Positions 10,101-18,179 of a stretch of 32,000 bases of DNA are shown here, in pieces. Positions within the stretch are counted from its first letter, which is position 1. Each line of letters begins with the position of its first letter. Under the pieces are notes generated by a model. The model was not told the DNA's origin. It was given only the letters and a program-made list of their open reading frames with translations, and ran no database searches. The stretch is from Ignicoccus hospitalis KIN4/I (GTDB lineage: Archaea; Thermoproteota; Thermoprotei_A; Sulfolobales; Ignicoccaceae): the NCBI RefSeq assembly GCF_000017945.1, contig NC_009776.1:450001-482000 (forward strand). The letters are read 5' to 3'. Position numbers and translations under genes: made by a program.

Positions 10101-10913
10101 GGCTTGTTCGCGCCCAGGAGGTGGGGGGAGGGAGGGGCCCACGAGGCGATAAGGCCCACGAGGCCGCTGAGCGCGGAGGACCTCAAGAGGTTAATAGAGG
10201 AGGGCATGATAACGCCCCCTAGGGAGCTCAGCAAGCAACACTTCATGTTGTACGACATGATATTTAGGAGGTTTATGGCAAGCCAGATGAAGGAGGCGAA
10301 GGTTAAGAAAGCGGTGTACGAAATAACGGTTGAGGAGGGAGGTGCGGTAGTAGGCAAGAAGGTTTTGGAGAAATACGTAGAAAGGGTGTTCGACGGCTTC
10401 CTCTTAGTATACCCTATAGTCAAGATAGAGAGCCTCCCCGAGGGGGAGTACGAGGTTAAGGAGGTTAGGGCCGTCTCCCGCCACACGGTGCCCTTGTACA
10501 CCCAAGCCGACCTCATAAGGCTCATGAAGGAGAGGGGGCTCGGCAGGCCGAGCACCTACGCGAAGATAGTTAGTACCTTGCTCGAGAGGAGGTACGTAAC
10601 TCTGAGCAAGGTGGGCAAGAAACTCGTCCCCACGGTTAGGGGCTACGCTGTGTACTCGTACCTCACCGGGAAGGTAGTGGGCGCCGGCTGGGTTAGGAAG
10701 GCGCTGGAGGTCATCATAAATCCCGAGGGCAAGTCTAAGTACTTCCAAAAGCTGGTGGAAGAAGAGGCCACTAGGAGGTTGGAGAAGGTCATGGACGAGA
10801 TAGCGGAGAAGAAGGACGAGAAGATGTATATTAACGTACTCAAGGATATCATAGAGGAGACCAAGGTTATTCCTTTCCTAAGCGACAAGGGCGCTCAGCC
10901 CAGCCTCCGGTAG
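7134..10913 (+). CDS. rgy: Reverse gyrase, single polypeptide of 1259 aa
   Basis: N-terminal zinc finger CPSCGG...CDKC, Walker A APTGMGKS, Walker B FVDDVDSVLK, topoisomerase IA part ESPNKARTITSFFG, internal zinc finger CAVCGH...CPRCG, GTDPDTEGEKIGWDL, and active-site tyrosine region GFITYHRTDSTRV. Confidence 0.98.
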   Translation: MYASYRRSCPSCGGEIEDVNLSLGLPCDKCLRVVGLESLKLDPSKKDSPSVRRRLIELGGPLGESLKLEEELESLEKVFQEVLGAPMWSAQRAWALRALRGESFSIVAPTGMGKSTLGALLSVYLSHKKKKKSYIIVPTTPLVDMMFRKVSAFAEAFGVRAVYFHSKMSPSQRKEMKERLLSGDFDVLITTSRFLINNLDLLKNYEFGFVFVDDVDSVLKSPKNVDRILMVLGLQESDVKRLEEVDKELSRKAQVLTKLQDLQKRYQLLKEMRELEEELEDLKRKVKGNLIVSSATGRAKGNRVRLFTRLLGFTPGGVGEGVRNVVDSYSRSSDVVEVVKKLGKGGLVFVPADLGAKGAEEVAEALRAAGVAAEVATSERIGVIKDFEEGRVEVLVGVATHYGVLVRGIDLPHVVRYAVFVGVPRFKFKLKLEEPSPMTIYRLCSLAARFFEECASLYAKLRKWVQRLGPAGLQSVEEALKEGSASTPASKDFMEAYTKLKEIIEKTDFIEKLKESGEVDVVAEDSLYVLIPDAATYLQASGRTSRLYAGGVTKGLSVVLVDSEPLFRGLKKRLAWVVEEWKEFESLNLSELLKEIDEDRKKVLKVIRGELKVEEVRDLMKTVLMIVESPNKARTITSFFGRPSVRQVKGVKVYEVTLGDKLLYVAASGGHVYDLVEEADPCNEEPCMLFGIRVKDVPEEVLSSIKRCAVCGHQFSGDVKECPRCGSPFIKDAKDVVDGLRELAQEVDEVLIGTDPDTEGEKIGWDLKNLISPFAKKIRRAEFHEITKKAILKALENPRDFDMGYVWSQMVRRAEDRLTGFTLSPKLWFELWPQLCEVSKEMKKKLLGCPLTRNLSAGRVQTPVLGWVIQRYEEYAKSKKKFYIIRFDGRELEFSEDELRGFSKKLAIDGKVKILKVEEEVEELKPLPPYTTDTMLEDASKLGLDPSRAMRVAQDLFEMGFITYHRTDSTRVSDAGIAVAREWITSKFEGLFAPRRWGEGGAHEAIRPTRPLSAEDLKRLIEEGMITPPRELSKQHFMLYDMIFRRFMASQMKEAKVKKAVYEITVEEGGAVVGKKVLEKYVERVFDGFLLVYPIVKIESLPEGEYEVKEVRAVSRHTVPLYTQADLIRLMKERGLGRPSTYAKIVSTLLERRYVTLSKVGKKLVPTVRGYAVYSYLTGKVVGAGWVRKALEVIINPEGKSKYFQKLVEEEATRRLEKVMDEIAEKKDEKMYINVLKDIIEETKVIPFLSDKGAQPSLR

Positions 10914-13714
10914 ACCTCTTCCAACACCTTCAAGTAGTCTTCGTCCTCCTCCAGTTTGATTCCGAGCTTGTCCGCCATCAGCTTCAGCGAGGACTCGCTG
11001 TTCAACTTCCTCCTCACCAGCGTGTATAAGTTCGTTACCAGCCCCCTGGTCGCGGCGGCCAAGTAGCTCTTGTAGACCAGCGGGTGGTCCTTGAGCGTCG
11101 CCTCGAGCTTCCTCTCCGGCATGTAAGTTACCGCCCTCCCGCTCGTGAACACGTCCACCAAAACTAACAAGTCCTTCGGGTTTGTAAACTTCTTCTTCAC
11201 TACGTTATTTCCTTTCTTTACCATTATAACGTCGTCAAATATCAAGAAGTAGTTGGCCTCCTTAGGTTTAGCCTCCATCTCCTTGATTGCCTCCAAGCCC
11301 TCGAACGCCTTCCCTCCCATCTCGGAAGTTAAGAAGGAAGCCAGCTCCTTGAGCTCGTTCCACCCCTCCTTCTTCAAGAACTCGCTTACCGAGTAGGGGT
11401 CCACCATTAAGGCCACCACTTCTGTGAGCTTGTCGTGTTTGTGGGACCTCACCTCCTCGCTCACGGCGTTCCAGTCCAAAGACTTCAAGAGGCCCGAGGC
11501 CTCCCTCTCCCACACCACCACCTCCTTAAAGCGGCCTTTCTTCAAGCTGTATGCTATTTCTGTGATGTCTATTGATTCTCTCACCCTCAAGACGGCGAGG
11601 GCATAGGCCAAGGCCGCGTAAACTTCCACTTCCTCCCAGTTGTCGCTTATCGGGTAGGCGTAGCCGTAAGTGTAGTCCTCGTACTCCCCGTAGACCCGCA
11701 CGTCCAGCGCCACCTCTTCCCGCTCGTAAACCGGGACGTAGCCCTTGCCCACCTTCTTCAAGTCCGCTTTGACCGACTCTATTATCCACTTCACGTGCAA
11801 GGGCTCCTCTGTCAGCTTGCCGAAGCCCCCCTCCGGGGGCCTCACCAACAGCTCAACCTTAGAGGTCAGCTTGCCGAACTTGTAGTCCTTTTCCGGCGTG
11901 GTCCACGTCTCACCCCACTTGGACTTTATCGTGTGGTACTGTTGGACGGCCTCGAAGGCCCAGCGGTAGCGCTTGACGGCGTCGCCCAAGGGCATTTCCA
12001 ATATCCCCTTTTCGTCCACCTCCACGACCACGGCGTCGGAGGAGTAGTCGAACGAGCCCGGCTGGAACCTCTCCACCAAGTCCCTCCTCCCCACCGGCTC
12101 GAGCCTCTCCTCCGAGCCTCCCCTCAGAACCCTCCTCGGCACCCCGTACGGGGGGCCGTACTCGTAGAAGCCCAAGTTCCTCCAGACCCTCTTGCCCTCG
12201 GGGGTCAGCCTCCCTCCTTCGTAGAGGCCTAAGGACTTCAACACCCTCTCCTCGTCCTCCCTCATTATTTGTCCGGCGACCGCCTTCCACAGGCCGGTGA
12301 ACATCTTCACCCACTCGTTGGTGGTATCTACGTAGAGCTTCTCCAAATCCATCTTTGCCCATTCCAACAGCGTGGAGGTCCCGTACTTCAACATCTTCTT
12401 GTCCCACTGGCGGAAGGGCAGAATTACGGTCTCCGTGAAGGCTATGTCGCCACGTCTCCCCTTCCTACCCTCCCTCTGTTTGAACTCCCTTACGGTGTCG
12501 GGCAAGCCCACGTGAACTACCCTAACTACGTGGCCTATGTCTATTCCTTGGGCTAGGGTCTTAGGGGATATTATTACCTTCAACTTGCCCTCTCTGGCCA
12601 TTTCCTCTATCTTGCTCCTCCTTTCTTTAGAGACCATGTAGTGGTGGGTAGCCACTTTGTCTTGTAGGTTCGGGGGGAGCCTGTGCTTGACCTCGCTCGC
12701 GAGCTTCTCCGCTTGCCTTATGCTGGGCACGAACACTAAGGTTAACCCTTCCCCCTCACACGTGACGTAGGAAGAAATTATCTCGGCGAAGTCCATCGAA
12801 GGGGAGGGGACCCTTACTCCCTTACTCCTCAACACTTCTACTATAGTAAACACGTTTTCCTTGAATACGTCGTAATCGGTCAAGGCCTCCGCAAGCTGCG
12901 GGACCTTGGAGATTACCTCCTCCCTCCTCGCCTTTATCCTCTCCCACAGCTTCTTCAAGTCCTTCGATATGACTAGGTACCCTCTGTTCTCAACCTTGAA
13001 CGGCTTCCCGGTGACTACCACGCTCTCCCTCCCCGTAACGTCCTCCAAGAGCTTCGCCACTTGCTCCGCGTTGCCCAAGGTGGCAGTTAACAAGACCACT
13101 TGTGGGGGCTTCTCGGCGTAGGAGGAGATTACCTCTATCATGCCCAATATCGCCGAGGTCCCGTGGGAGCCATAGAAGTCGAGCTCGTCGAAGACCAGTA
13201 GGTCAACTTTGAACAAGAACTCCCTTAAGTACCCCCTTCCCTCCGCAATCCTCTTCAAGTCTTGCATTAAGAAGGCCGGGTTGGTAGCGACTATCTTGGC
13301 GGAGCTCAAGTCGCCCAGCCTCTTGACCGTGGTAGAGTCGACCTTCACTACCGCCTCCGGCACTCCCAAGTCCTCGAAGTACTCCTTGAGCCTCCTCAGC
13401 TGGTCGGAGGAGAGCGCCAGGGTAGGGTAGACCGCTAAGGCCCTCATACCCCCGCGCACCGCGGCGAGCGCCCAAGCCTCGGTCTTGCCGGAGCCCGTGC
13501 CCGCCACCAAGATTACGTTCTTGCCCTTCTCGAGGGCCTCCACGGTCTCCACTTGGTGCTTGTAAGCGTACACCCCCTCGAGCCTCTTCAGCCCCGGCAC
13601 CAGCTCGTCGAACCTGACGCCGCTGAGCTCGGGCTCGCTCGGGGGCTCTCGGTAAGACTCGAAGTCGTAGCCCATTGACCTCAGCAGCTCTCCGCTGTCG
13701 CAAGGCTTGAGCAT
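10895..13714 (-). CDS. Large SF2 DExD/H-box helicase (possibly MrfA/Hrq1/YprA-like organisation)
   Basis: YKHQ (Q-motif-like), AGTGSGKTEAW, VFDELDFYGSHG, LLTATLG, ISPKTLAQGIDIGHVVRVVHVGLP, QREGRKGRR. The track starts at 13777. I prefer ATG at 13714 because of a GGAG Shine-Dalgarno and a TATA-like aaacttaag upstream. Confidence 0.88.
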   Translation of the reverse strand: MLKPCDSGELLRSMGYDFESYREPPSEPELSGVRFDELVPGLKRLEGVYAYKHQVETVEALEKGKNVILVAGTGSGKTEAWALAAVRGGMRALAVYPTLALSSDQLRRLKEYFEDLGVPEAVVKVDSTTVKRLGDLSSAKIVATNPAFLMQDLKRIAEGRGYLREFLFKVDLLVFDELDFYGSHGTSAILGMIEVISSYAEKPPQVVLLTATLGNAEQVAKLLEDVTGRESVVVTGKPFKVENRGYLVISKDLKKLWERIKARREEVISKVPQLAEALTDYDVFKENVFTIVEVLRSKGVRVPSPSMDFAEIISSYVTCEGEGLTLVFVPSIRQAEKLASEVKHRLPPNLQDKVATHHYMVSKERRSKIEEMAREGKLKVIISPKTLAQGIDIGHVVRVVHVGLPDTVREFKQREGRKGRRGDIAFTETVILPFRQWDKKMLKYGTSTLLEWAKMDLEKLYVDTTNEWVKMFTGLWKAVAGQIMREDEERVLKSLGLYEGGRLTPEGKRVWRNLGFYEYGPPYGVPRRVLRGGSEERLEPVGRRDLVERFQPGSFDYSSDAVVVEVDEKGILEMPLGDAVKRYRWAFEAVQQYHTIKSKWGETWTTPEKDYKFGKLTSKVELLVRPPEGGFGKLTEEPLHVKWIIESVKADLKKVGKGYVPVYEREEVALDVRVYGEYEDYTYGYAYPISDNWEEVEVYAALAYALAVLRVRESIDITEIAYSLKKGRFKEVVVWEREASGLLKSLDWNAVSEEVRSHKHDKLTEVVALMVDPYSVSEFLKKEGWNELKELASFLTSEMGGKAFEGLEAIKEMEAKPKEANYFLIFDDVIMVKKGNNVVKKKFTNPKDLLVLVDVFTSGRAVTYMPERKLEATLKDHPLVYKSYLAAATRGLVTNLYTLVRRKLNSESSLKLMADKLGIKLEEDEDYLKVLEEVYRRLG

Positions 13715-13754
13715 TTCACTTGCTCCTAACGCCCCCACGAGTCGGAAACTTAAG

Positions 13755-13988
13755 TTGGGAGCGTTGGAGTTGCTCAAGGAGCTCTGCGAGGACCCGTGCT
13801 ACCGGGAGCTGGAGGAGTGCGAGTACTTGGAGGAGCTCGAGGCCGAGCCCCACCCCCACTTGGCCCGCAAGGCGGTCGTGGAGCTCTTGCACTCCGCGGC
13901 GGAGAGGGGCTGTGACCCCTCCCGCGCCCTAGGCCTCTTGATTAAGCTCTTCGAAGGGGGAGTGGGGGAAGGGCCTTGGAGGTCTTAA
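13755..13988 (+). CDS. Small hypothetical protein. The track start is 13707; a TTG at 13755 or later is more plausible.
   Basis: Short, Glu/Leu/Cys-rich ORF between divergent genes. It overlaps the mtnA start by 13 nt. Start uncertain. Confidence 0.35.
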   Translation: MGALELLKELCEDPCYRELEECEYLEELEAEPHPHLARKAVVELLHSAAERGCDPSRALGLLIKLFEGGVGEGPWRS

Positions 13989-15031
13989 AGCCGGTCGACC
14001 TAGTGGGCGATAAGGTAGTGTGGCTGGACACGAGGTACATACCTTGGAAGGAGGTCTGGAAGGAGACTACCGATTACAAGGAGGTGGCCAGGGCCATAAA
14101 GGACATGGAGGTTAGGGGGGCCCCGGCGATAGGGGTAGCGGCTGCCTTCGGGATGGCGCTGGCGGCCTTGCACTACGAAGGGGAGGACGTGGAGGGCCTG
14201 TTGAGGCGTTTGAGGGAGGCTAAGGAAGTCCTCGCGAACACCAGGCCGACCGCGGTGAACTTGTTCTGGGCCCTAGAAAGGGTCATGAAGAGGGCCGAAG
14301 AGGCCACGAGGTCCGGCTCGGCGGAGGCGGTGAGAGAGGCCGTGGTCGAGGAGGCCAGAAAGATCCAACAAGAGGACATAGAGTCCAACGTGAAGATGGG
14401 CAAGATCGGGGCCAAGCTGATAGAGGACGGGGACGTGGTGCTGACCCACTGCAACACCGGGAGTTTAGCGACCGCGGGCTACGGGACCGCCTTGGGCGTG
14501 ATAAGGGCCGCGTGGGAGGAGGGGAAGAGGATAGAAGTGATAGCCACCGAAACCAGGCCGCTGGACCAAGGGGCGAGGCTGACGGTGTGGGAGCTCAAGA
14601 GGGACGGAATCCCAGTGAAGCTCATAGCAGACACTATGGTAGGATACTTAATGAGCAAAGGTAAGGTAGACAAAGTGTTCTTGGGGGCCGACAGGATACT
14701 CCTCAGCGGCCACTTCGCCAACAAGATAGGCACGTACCAAATAGCGGTCTTGGCCAAACACCACGGGGTCCCCTTCTACGTGGTGGCCCCGACGTCCACA
14801 GTGGACCCCAAGATAACCTTAGACGAGCTCGTCATAGAAGAGAGGGACCCAGACGAAGTTAGGCGCTGCCCCTACCCCTTCGAGAAGGTGTACGTAACCG
14901 TGAGGGACGTAGAGGTTTACAACCCGGCCTTCGACGTCACCCCGCCGGAGCTGGTAACTGCCATAATAACGGAAAGGGGGATCGCTTACCCGCCGTTCTA
15001 CGTGAGCTTGAAAAAGCTATTGGAAGGCTAA
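13976..15031 (+). CDS. mtnA: S-methyl-5-thioribose-1-phosphate isomerase (aIF-2B-like family)
   Basis: VRGAPAIGVAAAFGMAL, THCNTGSLATAGYGTALGVI, ATETRPLDQGARLT, VFLGADRI, FYVVAPTSTVD. Confidence 0.93.
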   Translation: MEVLKPVDLVGDKVVWLDTRYIPWKEVWKETTDYKEVARAIKDMEVRGAPAIGVAAAFGMALAALHYEGEDVEGLLRRLREAKEVLANTRPTAVNLFWALERVMKRAEEATRSGSAEAVREAVVEEARKIQQEDIESNVKMGKIGAKLIEDGDVVLTHCNTGSLATAGYGTALGVIRAAWEEGKRIEVIATETRPLDQGARLTVWELKRDGIPVKLIADTMVGYLMSKGKVDKVFLGADRILLSGHFANKIGTYQIAVLAKHHGVPFYVVAPTSTVDPKITLDELVIEERDPDEVRRCPYPFEKVYVTVRDVEVYNPAFDVTPPELVTAIITERGIAYPPFYVSLKKLLEG

Positions 15032-15483
15032 CCGCACCTCTCGCCGACGACCGTAAGCTCGAAGGTTTTCTCGTGAACCATACCGTTCAGCGTGTAGGCC
15101 ACCCTCACTACCGCTTGGTGGGCCCCGGGGGCGGAGGGCGAGAAGTAGAGGTTGACCTCCAAGCTTTGTCCGGGCGCCAGCGTAGTCACCAGCGGCAAGG
15201 TGGCGGGCTTGCCGTCCACCACAGCAGCCACCGTGGCGTTGCTGACTTTCACGTCGATCGTTACTGTCGCCGGCGGGTTGGTGGCGGGGTTGAAGGCCCT
15301 TAACTTCAGCTTGGCGACGCTGTTCACACAAGCCTTTAACGTCGTGTTACCCTCGAGCTCCACGTTCAGTTTGGGAGCAACCGAAGGTGCGCCGAAGAAC
15401 ATGAAGTACGCTAATACCGCTAAGGCGAGCAAGGCTATTCCCGCCAAGCCGAGCAGCTCCGCTTGCCCCTTTCTCGAGACCAT
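15028..15483 (-). CDS. Type IV pilin/archaellin-like small secreted protein
   Basis: Short basic N-terminus, SRKGQAELLGLAGIALLALAVLAYF (possible prepilin peptidase site after KG), then an Ig-like beta domain with CARDB-type features. Confidence 0.65.
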   Translation of the reverse strand: MVSRKGQAELLGLAGIALLALAVLAYFMFFGAPSVAPKLNVELEGNTTLKACVNSVAKLKLRAFNPATNPPATVTIDVKVSNATVAAVVDGKPATLPLVTTLAPGQSLEVNLYFSPSAPGAHQAVVRVAYTLNGMVHEKTFELTVVGERCG

Positions 15484-15542
15484 GCTCTCTCCGTTAAAGC
15501 GACCTCGGGTAAACCAATAAGCTTTGGTATCACCAAGTCGGA

Positions 15543-16709
15543 TTATCTCCTTTTTAAGAGAAGGGGCAGTTGGGAGTACATCCTCGCGAACTCCAACACG
15601 TCGCTAATCCTTACCTTCTCGTTGGGCTTGTGAGCCTCCGATATCTCTCCCGGCCCCCACGCGACGGCGTCGTAACCCTTGTAGTACCTTAAGTCCAACC
15701 CCCCTTCACAGACCTTGGGAGGGTGCCCCCAAGCCTCCCTTATCACTTCGGCCACCTCGCTCCCCTCGTTTATGAAAGGCTCCATCATTTCCAAAGCCTT
15801 GGCCTCGGCGTATTCCGGCAAGAGGGAGTAAACTTCCTCGGCCACGCGCTCCGCGCTCTCCTCCGGTATCACCCTTATGTCCACGCTAAATACAAACGAC
15901 CCCGGGATGACGTTGACTTTGTTCGAGGTGGAGTAGGCAACTCCTCCGACGCTCACAGTATTGAACTTGGCCAAGGGGTGCTCGGAGGTGTACTCGTACT
16001 TGCTGTACCTCTTGGAGAACCTCTCCACGAGCGCGTAGTAAAGGGCCGTTGCCACGTTAGAGGCCTTCAAGAAGGCGTTTTCCCCCATCCAAGGGGTGGA
16101 GGCGTGAGCTTGGGACCCCTTGACTTTGACCTCCAGCCAGACCGCGCCTTTGTGGCCTATCCACACGCTCTTGCTGCTAGGCTCCGCTATTACTACGTGC
16201 CTACCTATTGGGTACTTCTCCTTCAGTTTGCTCACCCTGTACCCGGTCCCGCACCTCCCCCCAACTTCCTCGTCCGGCACGAAGACCGCTTGCACCTTGT
16301 TACCCTTCCAGTTCGAGAGCTCCGCGAGGGAAGCAGCAACTGCCGCCACACCCCCCTTCATGTCCGTGGCCCCCCGTCCCACCAAGTACTCGCCCACCAC
16401 CTTGGGCTCGAAGGGGTTCCCCTCCCACCCGTCGCCGGGAGGGACCACGTCGTAATGGCCGTTGAACTCGAGTAAGGGCTCCCCCTCGCCCACCCAAGCG
16501 AAGAGCAAGGGCTTGGGGCCTTGGGGGCAGTGGGAGCTCCTATACTCGTCGTCCACGTACTCAACCTTAGCGCTGACTCCCCTCTCCTCCAGCCAGCCCT
16601 TGAGGAAGTGGACCAAGTCCTCGTACTGCTTGCCTTCGGGGGAGACGGTGTCGAAGGAGATGAGTTGGGAGAGGAGGTCCAAGACCTCTTGGGGGGACAA
16701 AGAGAACAC
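15543..16709 (-). CDS. M20 family metallopeptidase (ArgE/DapE/Acy1-like)
   Basis: LEFNGHYDVVPPGDGW, GRGATDMKGGVAA, FVPDEEVGGRCGTGY, VIAEPSS. Substrate not assignable from sequence. Confidence 0.92.
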   Translation of the reverse strand: MFSLSPQEVLDLLSQLISFDTVSPEGKQYEDLVHFLKGWLEERGVSAKVEYVDDEYRSSHCPQGPKPLLFAWVGEGEPLLEFNGHYDVVPPGDGWEGNPFEPKVVGEYLVGRGATDMKGGVAAVAASLAELSNWKGNKVQAVFVPDEEVGGRCGTGYRVSKLKEKYPIGRHVVIAEPSSKSVWIGHKGAVWLEVKVKGSQAHASTPWMGENAFLKASNVATALYYALVERFSKRYSKYEYTSEHPLAKFNTVSVGGVAYSTSNKVNVIPGSFVFSVDIRVIPEESAERVAEEVYSLLPEYAEAKALEMMEPFINEGSEVAEVIREAWGHPPKVCEGGLDLRYYKGYDAVAWGPGEISEAHKPNEKVRISDVLEFARMYSQLPLLLKRR

Positions 16710-16734
16710 CTTGTGCGGGGGCGCCCGAAGGTTA

Positions 16735-16998
16735 TTAATGCCTCAACAAACCTTTGCTCAACATCTCGTCGATCAAGGGCAATATTAAGCTCTCTACCTC
16801 TTCTCTCCTCATCCCGCTGAGGGCCACCGCTTGGGCTATCACCTCCTCCGGCGTGGAGCCCTCTAGGAAGCTCTGCCACACTAAGTAGGCCCCGTAACCC
16901 ATCAAGAACTTCTTCCCGTTGGCCTCCACGACCACCCCGTCCCTCCTCCGCAATATTACCCTCCCGCTCGCTATCATTTTGTCCCCAGTTCTTCGCAT
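16735..16998 (-). CDS. Small PqqD-like domain protein, 87 aa. The track ORF is over-extended to 17361.
   Basis: Starting at ATG 16996-16998: MRRTGDKMIASGRVILRRRDGVVVEANGKKF...YLVWQSFLEGSTPEEVIAQ..MRREEVESLILPLIDEMLSKGLL. This resembles the PqqD/precursor-recognition fold. Confidence 0.6.
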   Translation of the reverse strand: MRRTGDKMIASGRVILRRRDGVVVEANGKKFLMGYGAYLVWQSFLEGSTPEEVIAQAVALSGMRREEVESLILPLIDEMLSKGLLRH

Positions 16999-17029
16999 TT
17001 TGAGAAGCTTAAAACGCTCTCCCTGCAGG

Positions 17030-17050
17030 ATGCGTAATTTTAAAATATTA
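17030..17050 (-). promoter_or_regulatory. AT-rich TATA-like element for the PqqD-like gene, overlapping the stop codon of the DUF429-like gene
   Basis: gtaattttaaaatattac, a near-palindromic AT island in a GC-rich context, about 35-50 nt upstream of the 16998 start. Confidence 0.35.
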
Positions 17051-17537
17051 CGGACTTTCCGAGAGCCGCCTCCACGGGTAAGGCCATCTCCCCGTCCGAC
17101 GCCCTCACGTAGTAGCACTCCTTCCTCAGACACTTGTAGGCCGTCAACGCACAGAGCGCTGCGTCCAAGAGGTCCCCCTCGAAGGGGAGGCCCACGAGCT
17201 TCCTCAAGGGGGCCGGGAAAGTTTCTATTACCTTTATTCCCCTCCCAACTAGTTCTTCCCTCAACCTCTTGCCCTCCTCCGCCAAGGCCCTCATGCCCCT
17301 CCAGCCGGGTGGCAACACCTTGAGCCCCGCCTTGCGGGCGACCAAGTCCACCTCCCTCCAAGTCCCCTCTGGGACCTCTAAGGGCGCGTCCACCGCGACG
17401 AGCTCCGGCCGGAGGGCTCCGAGCGTCGGCGCGAGCGCCTCGTTGTCCAAGAACTTAGTCCAGAAGTTGGATCCGTCAAAGATAGCTAAGGCAGAGGGCC
17501 TCTTAACCGCCAAGTCCACGCCGGCCGCCAGAACCAA
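17040..17537 (-). CDS. DUF429-like protein (predicted RNase H-fold)
   Basis: AAGVDLAVKRPSALAIFD, ELVAVDAPLEVP, GIKVIETFPA, FEGDLLDAALCALTAY. Confidence 0.75.
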   Translation of the reverse strand: MVLAAGVDLAVKRPSALAIFDGSNFWTKFLDNEALAPTLGALRPELVAVDAPLEVPEGTWREVDLVARKAGLKVLPPGWRGMRALAEEGKRLREELVGRGIKVIETFPAPLRKLVGLPFEGDLLDAALCALTAYKCLRKECYYVRASDGEMALPVEAALGKSVIF

Positions 17538-17574
17538 TTAGCTTGCCCGGAGCCCCACGGGGGGTAAGGAGGAA

Positions 17575-18054
17575 ATGAGCGTCCGTTCGGAGGCTCTGAA
17601 GCTAGTGGCAGACGCTTGTGAGGACTTCATACTAAACGTCCTCCCGGAGAGGGTGGACGAGGACAAGGCCTTCGAGCTGGCGAAGGCATTCTCTTCAGAG
17701 GCCTTGGCTGATAAAGTCTTGGAGGTGGTGGGCAACGTCCCTCCGGAGAAGCTCGTGAAGGCGTACTTCAACCTGTTCGAGATAATAGGAAAGGCTTACA
17801 CGTACGAAATCAAGAGCACGAAGCCGTTGGTCGTAGAGATAAGGAACTGTCCCCAGAGGAGGAAGGTAAGGGGAAGGGGCTCTTGCGCGGCCTGTCTGGG
17901 CTTGGTGGCAGGGGTGCTGGAGAGGGCCTACGGGAGCGCCGCCGTTGAGGCCTTCGGCAAGAGGTGGGGCCCTCCCGACGCGGCGGTGGTGATAAAGAAG
18001 GAGGGGGAGCCCGGGAACTGCGTGTGGAGGATAGAAGAACGCAACCAGCGGTGA
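17575..18054 (+). CDS. Hypothetical protein, 159 aa, with a possible V4R-like C-terminal part
   Basis: ATG preceded by a strong taaggagg Shine-Dalgarno; NCPQRRKVRGRGSCAACLGLVAGVLE segment. Family assignment weak. Confidence 0.65.
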   Translation: MSVRSEALKLVADACEDFILNVLPERVDEDKAFELAKAFSSEALADKVLEVVGNVPPEKLVKAYFNLFEIIGKAYTYEIKSTKPLVVEIRNCPQRRKVRGRGSCAACLGLVAGVLERAYGSAAVEAFGKRWGPPDAAVVIKKEGEPGNCVWRIEERNQR

Positions 18055-18179
18055 CCGGCGGGGCTCGAGCTCTGAGATCCCGAGAGGAACTGGTTTTGAG
18101 AGGTAGCCCAAGCCCGCGAGGGCCAAGGGCACGAAGGTGGGAGCCCAGGGGCCCGCCCCGTCTGCGGGGCTTCCGCGTG

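Noticed and set aside
9441-10142. Long antisense ORFs within reverse gyrase (233, 225, 199 and 166 aa)
   Set aside because: All lie opposite or out of frame with verified reverse gyrase motifs, with no independent SD or domain evidence.
15723-16475. 250-aa ORF on + strand inside the M20 peptidase
   Set aside because: Shadow ORF antisense to a motif-verified peptidase, with low-information composition and no recognisable domain.
16999-17361. N-terminal extension of the 208-aa track ORF upstream of the PqqD-like protein
   Set aside because: Gly/Arg-rich sequence antisense-frame shadow over the DUF429-like gene. A promoter-like element and ATG at 16998 support the short form.
18055-18179. RNase P RNA, SRP RNA or 5S rRNA candidate
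   Set aside because: I could not find conserved RNase P core elements, the SRP helix 8 motif or 5S consensus, so it is left as an unclassified structured candidate only.
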